From positions 1 to 32,536 of IMG/VR virus record IMGVR_UViG_3300025508_000088: a stretch of 32,536 nucleotides of DNA. One strand, 5' to 3'. The translations under genes were made by a program, and so were the position numbers. This document shows, piece by piece, positions 9,363 to 15,759 of this stretch. This DNA comes from a virus. Its lineage: Duplodnaviria; Caudoviricetes. The notes beneath the pieces were generated by a model. That model had not been told where the DNA came from, searched no databases, and saw only the letters and a list, made by a program, of their open reading frames with translations. Position 1 is the first letter of the stretch; every line of letters starts with the position of its first letter.

Positions 9363-9547
9363 AATTTGGCTTCGAGCAAATTTGGGGGGCAACTACAATA
9401 AAAAGCCACGCGCAATCGCCCCGCCCCGTCCATGATTCGAGCCCCGTCTGTTACCGCACGCGCGCGCGAGCATTTAACGCGCGAGATAGTAAAGCGATTA
9501 CTTTATTAAAGCGATCGGTTTAGTAAGTGTGAGGGTGGAGGATGCAG

Positions 9548-9578
9548 CCAATAGCCTGTTACCCAATAGCCAATAGCC
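9548..9578. repeat. Three CCAATAGCC direct repeats
   Basis: Copies at 9548, 9563 and 9570. Confidence 0.7.
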
Positions 9579-9631
9579 ACACTCAAATTGAAACACACTG
9601 ATACGAAACCCAGATGAATGGTTGAGTAGTT

Positions 9632-9683
9632 CGGTAACACTGCAACGGTAACACGGTAACACTTTGCGGTAACACAGTAACAC
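9632..9683. repeat. Array of C(G/A)GTAACAC direct repeats
   Basis: CGGTAACAC at 9632, 9646, 9654 and 9667; CAGTAACAC at 9675; inverted partial copies TGTTACC(G) at 9449 and 9557. Confidence 0.9.
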
Positions 9684-9691
9684 TCTCAACA

Positions 9692-9707
9692 CTGTATACA
9701 TACACAG
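9692..9707. promoter_or_regulatory. LexA operator (gamma/beta-proteobacterial SOS box)
   Basis: aCTGT-ATACATAC-ACAGta matches CTGT-N8-ACAG with an AT-rich spacer and flanks close to the consensus TACTGTATATATATACAGTA; intergenic. Confidence 0.75.
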
Positions 9708-9748
9708 TACATCGGCTACAGACCCCGTAAACACTGGACTTTCAAAAG

Positions 9749-9765
9749 TTGGCACGGGCAATGCA
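9749..9765 (+). promoter_or_regulatory. Sigma-54-type (-24/-12) promoter for the early operon
   Basis: TTGGCACG-GGCA-ATGCA versus consensus YTGGCACG-N4-TTGCW: one mismatch, exact GG-N10-GC spacing, about 40 bp before the first early ATG. Confidence 0.6.
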
Positions 9766-9806
9766 TTGTATTACACGACAACGCAATACACACACACTAA
9801 AGGGAT

Positions 9807-10046
9807 ATGACAATGCAACTAGCGAAGACCATGACAACTACCGCAAGCTTATTGATTAACTTTTACGAGGCAGGGGTATTGCCTAGCCATTGCGCAAAGT
9901 TAGTACTAGCAGCAACAAAGGGTAAGGATATCGAGAAAGTAATCGGATCATGCGCTATAGATGCGCGCAATCTGCATAACGGATTTAACGAGGAGTATGG
10001 CAATTATGCCGATGCGGTAATTGCGCGGTTAATTACTCAAGTCTAA
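9807..10046 (+). CDS. First early gene, hypothetical
   Basis: 79-aa ORF with AAGGGA RBS. Confidence 0.7.
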   Translation: MTMQLAKTMTTTASLLINFYEAGVLPSHCAKLVLAATKGKDIEKVIGSCAIDARNLHNGFNEEYGNYADAVIARLITQV

Positions 10047-10053
10047 CCAATAC

Positions 10054-10069
10054 GCGCCCTTCGGGGCGC
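10054..10069 (+). other. UUCG-tetraloop RNA hairpin with no U-tract
   Basis: GCGCCC-TTCG-GGGCGC between early genes 1 and 2. Confidence 0.6.
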
Positions 10070-10087
10070 AATCTCAAGGGGAATCAC

Positions 10088-10255
10088 ATGCTATACGAAT
10101 ACGATGACGGTCACGCAAGCTTCGAATGTTATCTGCTAGCAGAACATATCGAAGACGATTCGCGCTCATACGTTGAATTGCTGCCCGAATACTTAGAACG
10201 AGGCGAGCGCTCTACATACTGGATCAATAACGAATATCTAACAAAAGGGGAATAA
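10088..10255 (+). CDS. Early acidic hypothetical protein, 55 aa (not in ORF track)
   Basis: MLYEYDDGHASFECYLL...YLTKGE; AAGGGGAATCAC-ATG RBS. Confidence 0.7.
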   Translation: MLYEYDDGHASFECYLLAEHIEDDSRSYVELLPEYLERGERSTYWINNEYLTKGE

Positions 10256-10258
10256 ACA

Positions 10259-10465
10259 ATGGAATATTTCGAACTAGAAATGCACGGTGACCATCTGCGA
10301 GTCGAATGGAACGGGAAGGCCACATTCAATATCCAGTGGCCTGTAGGAGGCCAGTGGGTCGATTTTGAGTGCTTCACTTGCTACGGGATCGACAACGCGC
10401 AGGATGCACTAGAGTGCGCGCATGAATGGATCAACGAAAATGTCTTTGAATTTCAAGGGGAATAG
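10259..10465 (+). CDS. Early acidic hypothetical protein
   Basis: 68 aa; AAGGGGAA RBS. Confidence 0.75.
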   Translation: MEYFELEMHGDHLRVEWNGKATFNIQWPVGGQWVDFECFTCYGIDNAQDALECAHEWINENVFEFQGE

Positions 10466-10469
10466 AACA

Positions 10470-10595
10470 ATGGGGAAAATAAATTGCAGCATCGAGCAAT
10501 TAGCAATCATAGCGGCGGGACTAATCAGAGAGGGCATGCTATTCGAGGTGCTAGTAGATGACGAAAACGCATTAATCACAATCACTGGATATTAA
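10470..10595 (+). CDS. Early hypothetical protein, 41 aa (not in ORF track)
   Basis: MGKINCSIEQLAIIAAGLIREGMLFEV...ITGY; AAGGGGAA RBS; fills the gap. Confidence 0.65.
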   Translation: MGKINCSIEQLAIIAAGLIREGMLFEVLVDDENALITITGY

Positions 10596-10606
10596 GGGGA
10601 TAAACT

Positions 10607-11287
10607 ATGAACATACAATTCGTCAAAAAATCATCTAATCAGAAAATAGGCGCTATACCTTGCACCACAAGCGCGAGAGACACTTGCCCCAAGGCATGCC
10701 CTTACGCGGGCGTTAACGGTTGTTATGCGGAGGCCGGTTATTACACGCGCCTCAATTGGGATAAGGTATCCAGCGGCGAGCGAGGCGCTAAATACGCCGA
10801 TTTTCTAGATAATATCGGCAAGCTTAAGGTTAACACTTTGTGGCGGCATAACGTAGCGGGCGATTTGATGCCCGATAGCAAGGATAGCGAGAATCTAGAC
10901 TCTCGAGCCCTAGATCTACTTGCGACCGCTAACACTGGCAAGCGGGGTTTCACCTATACGCATTACCGCGACAATGCCCATAACATCAAAGCGATTCGAT
11001 CCGCTAATCGTAAGGGGTTTACGGTTAACTTATCCGCGAACACTATAGATCACGCGATCAAGTTAAAACGCCACAATCTGCCCATCGCGGCCGTTGTGCC
11101 TAGTGATCACGGGAACGATACGCGCACCATTCAAGGGGTGAAATTTATAACTTGCCCTGCTACATACAAGGACGAAGTGACATGCGCGACTTGTAAGCTG
11201 TGTTCGGTAAGTAATCGCGATTCGGTAGTGGCATTCCCTGCTCACGGATCGCGCACTAATAACGCTAATATTATAGCAAGGGGTTAA
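10607..11287 (+). CDS. Cys-rich Gp88/DUF7227-like protein, possible non-canonical radical-SAM / Fe-S protein
   Basis: TCPKACP-x6-CYA, WRHNVAGD, GFTYTH, VNLSAN, CPA...CATCKLC, AFPAHG. Confidence 0.6.
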   Translation: MNIQFVKKSSNQKIGAIPCTTSARDTCPKACPYAGVNGCYAEAGYYTRLNWDKVSSGERGAKYADFLDNIGKLKVNTLWRHNVAGDLMPDSKDSENLDSRALDLLATANTGKRGFTYTHYRDNAHNIKAIRSANRKGFTVNLSANTIDHAIKLKRHNLPIAAVVPSDHGNDTRTIQGVKFITCPATYKDEVTCATCKLCSVSNRDSVVAFPAHGSRTNNANIIARG

Positions 11288-11289
11288 TT

Positions 11290-11517
11290 ATGAAAGTAAT
11301 ACACGTTTACAACATGCGAAAGGATGGCAAATTTAAGGTTGAGATTATCTACGCGGGAGAGCCCAATGCTTTCGGCGGTCGCTATCCCGATAGTCGATTT
11401 AATAAGCTTAAAACGCTAGAGCAAATTAACGCCTATGAGTTATATGGGGATGATCAATTCTATAATCACTCGCAATTTAGCGATTCAATTTTCACTTTAA
11501 CAGATAGGAGGGGTTAA
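11290..11517 (+). CDS. Early hypothetical protein
   Basis: 75 aa; AAGGGG RBS; tightly packed with neighbours. Confidence 0.7.
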   Translation: MKVIHVYNMRKDGKFKVEIIYAGEPNAFGGRYPDSRFNKLKTLEQINAYELYGDDQFYNHSQFSDSIFTLTDRRG

Positions 11518-11519
11518 CT

Positions 11520-11711
11520 ATGAGAAATTGGCATAGCGAAACAATCGAGCGCTTTAAAGCATTGCCCGTAGAATCGCTAGAGTATATCAAGGGTGATGCC
11601 TATCAAGCGGCAACAATAGGCGAAACAATAGGCAACCCAAAAACGGGGCAGTATTGGGACGAATTCCACTATGCTGTAATGGAGTTAAACAAGAGGGCGA
11701 AACAATGCTAA
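11520..11711 (+). CDS. Early hypothetical protein
   Basis: 63 aa; GGAGGGG RBS; C-terminal YWDEFHYAVMELNKR. Confidence 0.7.
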   Translation: MRNWHSETIERFKALPVESLEYIKGDAYQAATIGETIGNPKTGQYWDEFHYAVMELNKRAKQC

Positions 11712-11881
11712 TTAATGAGCAAGATCCAACAATACTACCATACGACCGCGCAATAGACACGGCGGCGGAATGCAGAAAATACGACCCAGAATGGCAGTAC
11801 ACAGTCGAAATTGAGGCGCGTACTGGCCTCGCTAAAATCGCGGTGTATGACGAAAATGCAGTTAAATTAGGTTATCTATAA
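11705..11881 (+). CDS. Early hypothetical protein, 58 aa
   Basis: Start reassigned to ATG 11705 after GAGGG; DPEWQYTV...IAVYDENAVKLGYL. Confidence 0.65.
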   Translation: MLINEQDPTILPYDRAIDTAAECRKYDPEWQYTVEIEARTGLAKIAVYDENAVKLGYL

Positions 11882-11893
11882 GGGGAAATCACC

Positions 11894-12100
11894 ATGCTAG
11901 TGTTCAATTATCCAAGTAAAAAAGTATTAAAAGAGCAAATCGGGCAGCGTTTAGACTATATCGAAACCAGTATTTTCGGCGAAGAATATCGGCGCGATGG
12001 AGTATTAACAGGGGCGAATCGTCCGCACATTACAGGGCAAGGGCGCGAGTTCTTCGCTAATGTGACAATGCGCGATGGTCTAATCGCGGCAGTTAAATAA
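11894..12100 (+). CDS. Early hypothetical phage protein
   Basis: 68 aa, YPSKKVLKE...YIETSIFGEEY...REFFANVTM; AAGGGGAAATCACC-ATG RBS. Confidence 0.8.
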   Translation: MLVFNYPSKKVLKEQIGQRLDYIETSIFGEEYRRDGVLTGANRPHITGQGREFFANVTMRDGLIAAVK

Positions 12101-12112
12101 AGGGGAATCACA

Positions 12113-12352
12113 ATGGATTTAAGTAAAGCATTAGAGCAAGTAGACGGGCAGTTAATAGATCTCAGAAATCAGAGAGCGGGCGATTCGTCTCGCTATCCAT
12201 CCGCGATCGCTATAGTCAAGCGCGATCATCCGCTCCATCCATTCGTTGTATGGCGTGCGATCGATCCATCTAGGTCTGGCAATGTGCCATTCTTTGAAGG
12301 CGGCAATTATTGCGAGACACTAGCTGAGGCGCTAGAAGATCACAGACTGTAA
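12113..12352 (+). CDS. Early hypothetical protein
   Basis: 79 aa; HPFVVW...FEGGNYCETLAEA; AAGGGGAATCACA-ATG RBS. Confidence 0.75.
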   Translation: MDLSKALEQVDGQLIDLRNQRAGDSSRYPSAIAIVKRDHPLHPFVVWRAIDPSRSGNVPFFEGGNYCETLAEALEDHRL

Positions 12353-12416
12353 GCAATACGCTATACGTCAATGGCGTATAGGGTCACCATAGGGCATTAA
12401 TTTACAAGGGGAAATC

Positions 12417-12641
12417 ATGCACAAGTTAAAAGATTACACAGTTATCAGTCGGAAAGCGCAGGTGTGGGATGAGGTTACAGTGTTCGAGGCCACATCTGAG
12501 GCGGACGCAATTGAGCAAGCGAGAGAGGAGCATAATTTCCATGTTGCCACAATGCGATCCGAGCATATCGAATTTATCAGAATCGCGCGCGCGGATGAAA
12601 TAGACGGGCATGCGCTAAACTTTTTGGAGTCCATAAAATGA
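12417..12641 (+). CDS. Early hypothetical protein
   Basis: 74 aa; FEATSEADAIEQA motif common in small phage proteins; AAGGGGAAATC-ATG RBS. Confidence 0.75.
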   Translation: MHKLKDYTVISRKAQVWDEVTVFEATSEADAIEQAREEHNFHVATMRSEHIEFIRIARADEIDGHALNFLESIK

Positions 12642-12799
12642 CACACGAAACAGCATTAACCAAGGCGCTCGCGCTTTGTATAACAGCACCGGAGCATAGG
12701 CTCGGGGATGCGCTTAAACTAGCGCACGAAATCGCGGAAATGTGTACGCCCGCCGAGGTGGCGCGGGCAAAAGAGAGCGCGCGGGGGATGATAGAATGA
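12638..12799 (+). CDS. Early hypothetical protein, 53 aa (not in ORF track)
   Basis: MTHETALTKALALCITAPEHRL...AEVARAKESARGMIE; GGAG RBS; ATGA overlaps at both ends. Confidence 0.7.
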   Translation: MTHETALTKALALCITAPEHRLGDALKLAHEIAEMCTPAEVARAKESARGMIE

Positions 12800-12996
12800 A
12801 AAACGCTATATTGTTCGCACTATTGTTGATACTCTTATTAGTCGGGTTCTCGATTAGCTATCAGGCGGATCTAGACATGGCGGAATACAGAGAGCAAAAC
12901 TATACCGACATGGTCTGCCTTTGGCGGCTGACAGATGGCGATGCAGGATGGCCTAATTATCGGGAGTCGGAAGTCAAATGCGAGGAAGTAAACTAG
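12796..12996 (+). CDS. Small membrane-anchored protein
   Basis: Start ATG 12796; N-terminal TM helix ILFALLLILLLVGF; YTDMVCLW...GWPNY...C domain. Confidence 0.7.
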   Translation: MKNAILFALLLILLLVGFSISYQADLDMAEYREQNYTDMVCLWRLTDGDAGWPNYRESEVKCEEVN

Positions 12997-12998
12997 TT

Positions 12999-13016
12999 GC
13001 CCCCCTTTCGGGGGGC
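12999..13016 (+). terminator. Strong hairpin closing the small-early-gene cluster
   Basis: GCCCCCC-TTTC-GGGGGGC right after the stop codon; no clear U-tract. Confidence 0.5.
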
Positions 13017-13099
13017 TGATCACCACACAAGGGGGAGGAGGATGCATTGCGATCTAGTGCAGGATATCTACTCTCTCCCTATACCGCAAGGGGGAAATC

Positions 13100-13513
13100 A
13101 TGGCAGATTACGAGCTAATTTGCAGCAAAATGAGCCAGTTAAGGCGCAAGGGTAACAAGGCAATGGCCTTATGCCCCGCGCATGACGATAAATCTCACTC
13201 ACTTAGTATTCTATACCGCGAGGCCGATGATCGGGTGCTGCTACACTGTTTTGCGCAGGACTGTAGCGCAGGATCGATTCTAAGCGCCGTAGGGCTCGCG
13301 TGGCAGCATATCTATCCCAAGGATAGGGGTGACTATACCCCTAAATTTAAACGCCATACGCGCGAGCAGGTGAAGTCTGCCGAGTGGTTGCTAGAATTAG
13401 TGCCGGTGTGGTCAAAAGAAGGGGTTGCCTTCACTGAGAAGGATCGGGCAGATATTTACGAGGCGCAGCGGATTGTTAACAGCGCGAGGGGGAATGATGA
13501 AAGGGTGGATTAG
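13100..13513 (+). CDS. Stand-alone primase-type zinc-finger (CHC2-like) protein
   Basis: ALCPAHDDKSHSLSI...VLLHCFAQDC; only 137 aa, no catalytic TOPRIM domain. Confidence 0.75.
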   Translation: MADYELICSKMSQLRRKGNKAMALCPAHDDKSHSLSILYREADDRVLLHCFAQDCSAGSILSAVGLAWQHIYPKDRGDYTPKFKRHTREQVKSAEWLLELVPVWSKEGVAFTEKDRADIYEAQRIVNSARGNDERVD

Positions 13514-14111
13514 GGTAGACCGTGCAATACAGGATCACTTCCTATGGCGCGAGCCCGAGGCACTAAAGCTTTGGCTGCACCTGCTAATGGCGGCATCGCT
13601 TACCGATAAGGCCACGGTATTTAACGGGAAAATGCTCAACATAAAGCGCGGGGATGTGGTCTTCGGGCTGCATGCCGCAAGCGCCAGATTAGGCATCTCA
13701 ATACGCCGTCTGAGAAAGTACTTAGATTGGTTTCAAAGTGACAACATGATTGACAAGCAAACGACAAACAAATTCTCAATCATTTCAATAACTAACTACA
13801 GTCAGTATCAAGATACGGGCAAGCAAGCGTCAAGCAAGAGTCAAGCAACTGCCAAGCAAACGTCAACAACTATACAAGTAACAAGTAACAATAAACAATC
13901 TATACCCCCGACAGTTGAGGAAGTGAGGGCGTATTGTGACTCGCGCAGTAACGGAATAGACCCCGAAATGTTCATTGCATTCTACGAGGCGCGCGGGTGG
14001 AAAATCGGGAAAGAGAGGATGAAATCATGGAAAGCCTGTGTGGTTACATGGGAGAAGCGTAGGCAAGAGCAGACCCCTACTCGCGAACAGTCATGGGGGG
14101 TGGAACTATGA
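13494..14111 (+). CDS. Phage replication initiator / replisome organizer (O-like)
   Basis: N-terminal GWIRVDRAIQDH...LWLHLLMAA winged HTH, Ser/Thr/Gln linker encoded by iterons, C-terminal PPTVEEVRAYC...FYEARGWKIGK..MKSWKA; upstream of the helicase. Confidence 0.85.
   Translation: MMKGWIRVDRAIQDHFLWREPEALKLWLHLLMAASLTDKATVFNGKMLNIKRGDVVFGLHAASARLGISIRRLRKYLDWFQSDNMIDKQTTNKFSIISITNYSQYQDTGKQASSKSQATAKQTSTTIQVTSNNKQSIPPTVEEVRAYCDSRSNGIDPEMFIAFYEARGWKIGKERMKSWKACVVTWEKRRQEQTPTREQSWGVEL
13820..13899. repeat. Iteron array, probable replication origin
   Basis: CAAGCAA at 13820, 13831, 13842 and 13853 (11-bp period), degenerate copy at 13864, extra copy at 13754; followed by A-rich ACAAGTA/ACAATAA repeats. 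Confidence 0.8.
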
Positions 14112-15073
14112 AGCTTCCCCAAGGTTTAGAATTAGAGCAGTACCTCGAACTCACTGGCATGATGGAAGCCTCTCAGATCCACAGCGCGGGCAGGTGGCAT
14201 GATGAGGTGGTCGAACGATCCAAAGGGCAAAAGATATGGGGTGCGAAGCTGCCGTGGCCTAAGACGCATGATACGTTTCGTTTAAGACAGGGTGAGTTAA
14301 CCATATTCGGTGGCGCTAATGCCTCCAAGAAATCCCTTATCTGTGGCGAGATAATCCTTGGTCTACTCAAAGACTCTAAGGTCTGCCTCGCGTCCCTTGA
14401 GATGAAGCCGAGCGAATCCCTGTATCGGATGTTAATGCAAGCCGCAGGGGCTAAGGATGGGACACCTGCCGAGAATTTCATTGAAGAGTTCTCAGCGTTC
14501 GTTGATAAGAACCTTGTGATATTTGATCAGTTAGATACCGTGAAGCCTGAGCGAGTGCTATCCATCATCCACTATTGCGTGAGGGAACTGGGCTGCAAGT
14601 ATGTCTTCGTTGATTCTCTCGCGAAATGTGGCACTGGCTTCCAAGATTATGTAGCCGAGACAGAGTTCGTCAACAAATTACAGCACTGCGCCAAGACGTT
14701 AGATGTCGGGATTATATTAGTGGCTCATATCAGGAAGCCCCCACAGGCAGATGACAATTGGATACCCGACAAGTATTCCATTCGCGGGGCAGGTACGCTT
14801 ACCGACATGGCTGATAATGTGTTGTTAACCGCTAGCAACGCGAAGAGAAAGCAGCTAAAGGAATTAGCCAAGCTGACCGAGTTAGATGAGAAGCAGCAGG
14901 AATATTTAGCTAAACATAAAGACCAAAAGCTGATTGTAGCGAAGCAAAGACACAGCGGCGGATGGGAAGGCACATACAATTTTTACTTCCATGATAACAG
15001 CTTACAGCTAACCGAGCAGGAGGATCGGCCTCGCAGGTTTTATTTCGACACAATTGTTGACAAGGATATTTAA
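14108..15073 (+). CDS. SF4 (DnaB / T7 gp4-like) replicative helicase
   Basis: LRQGELTIFGG-ANASKKS (H1), ASLEM (H1a), VFVDSL (H2), IILVAH (H3), IRGAG..TDMADNV (H4), VAKQRH arginine finger. Confidence 0.85.
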   Translation: MKLPQGLELEQYLELTGMMEASQIHSAGRWHDEVVERSKGQKIWGAKLPWPKTHDTFRLRQGELTIFGGANASKKSLICGEIILGLLKDSKVCLASLEMKPSESLYRMLMQAAGAKDGTPAENFIEEFSAFVDKNLVIFDQLDTVKPERVLSIIHYCVRELGCKYVFVDSLAKCGTGFQDYVAETEFVNKLQHCAKTLDVGIILVAHIRKPPQADDNWIPDKYSIRGAGTLTDMADNVLLTASNAKRKQLKELAKLTELDEKQQEYLAKHKDQKLIVAKQRHSGGWEGTYNFYFHDNSLQLTEQEDRPRRFYFDTIVDKDI

Positions 15074-15086
15074 TCTATATTACGAT
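15057..15086 (+). promoter_or_regulatory. Sigma-70-type promoter for the recombination/middle operon
   Basis: TTGACA-N18-TACGAT ahead of the GAGGAGG RBS and ATG 15112. Confidence 0.6.
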
Positions 15087-15111
15087 GGCTACACATTCTG
15101 AGGAGGATGAC

Positions 15112-15531
15112 ATGAAATACATCAAAGAGTGGCTCGCTGAGCCAATAACCGCAACACAATATCTGATTGACGGTGACATCGATTGGGATGTAGTCCCACA
15201 AGATGACATCGAAAAGATGATCTTCTCTGTACTGCATGACGCAGATGCGAACGAGTATCTGTGTGACATCATGCTCTATCACGCCGACCCCGAAGTCCTG
15301 CGCGGCTGCATCCATAAGCTAATTACAAACAAAGCTGACACGCTTACTTACTCTGTCATTTTCAGGGGTGAGATGCGTGAGGCTGTCCTGTCTTTCATTA
15401 GGGATGTTGCCACTCGCGAGATTGGTATAGCCGAGACCGCGCTAGCTATTTACGGTCATGACTATGAGACCACAGAACAGGCCATGCACCGCATTCGCGA
15501 TGACCTAAACGAACAAGAATACCTGAGATAG
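15112..15531 (+). CDS. Hypothetical acidic protein
   Basis: Start at ATG 15112 after a GAGGAGG RBS. Confidence 0.7.
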   Translation: MKYIKEWLAEPITATQYLIDGDIDWDVVPQDDIEKMIFSVLHDADANEYLCDIMLYHADPEVLRGCIHKLITNKADTLTYSVIFRGEMREAVLSFIRDVATREIGIAETALAIYGHDYETTEQAMHRIRDDLNEQEYLR

Positions 15532-15540
15532 GGGGATATC

Positions 15541-15759
15541 ATGACAGATTACAAATTAACTTTAGACACTGAAAAAGCGCGGATACTATTCTCATCACTA
15601 CTCAACACGCAAGTAGAGTGCAGAAGGATCGAAGAAGATAAAGAGGCCAAAGCCAAGTACCCCACACTGGTGGGCATGGCGCAGCTAACACAAGGCGTGA
15701 TTGATGATGTGTTAGACACAATGTTCGCTCAAGAGGAGGGTGAAGATGAAACAATCTGA
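15541..15759 (+). CDS. Hypothetical protein
   Basis: 72 aa; GGGGGA RBS. Confidence 0.7.
   Translation: MTDYKLTLDTEKARILFSSLLNTQVECRRIEEDKEAKAKYPTLVGMAQLTQGVIDDVLDTMFAQEEGEDETI

Noticed and set aside
9632-9683. Possible mini-CRISPR array
   Set aside because: Repeats are only 9 bp with 0-5 bp gaps; no spacer-length uniques and no cas genes.
9498-9761. 87-aa minus-strand ORF across the control region
   Set aside because: Its sequence (VLLCYRKVLPCYRC) is a translation of the DNA repeats; no RBS; better explained as cis-regulatory DNA.
13031-13080. tRNA gene
   Set aside because: Structured, but has no T-loop GTTCRA, D-arm or cloverleaf; no tRNA was recognised anywhere in the window.
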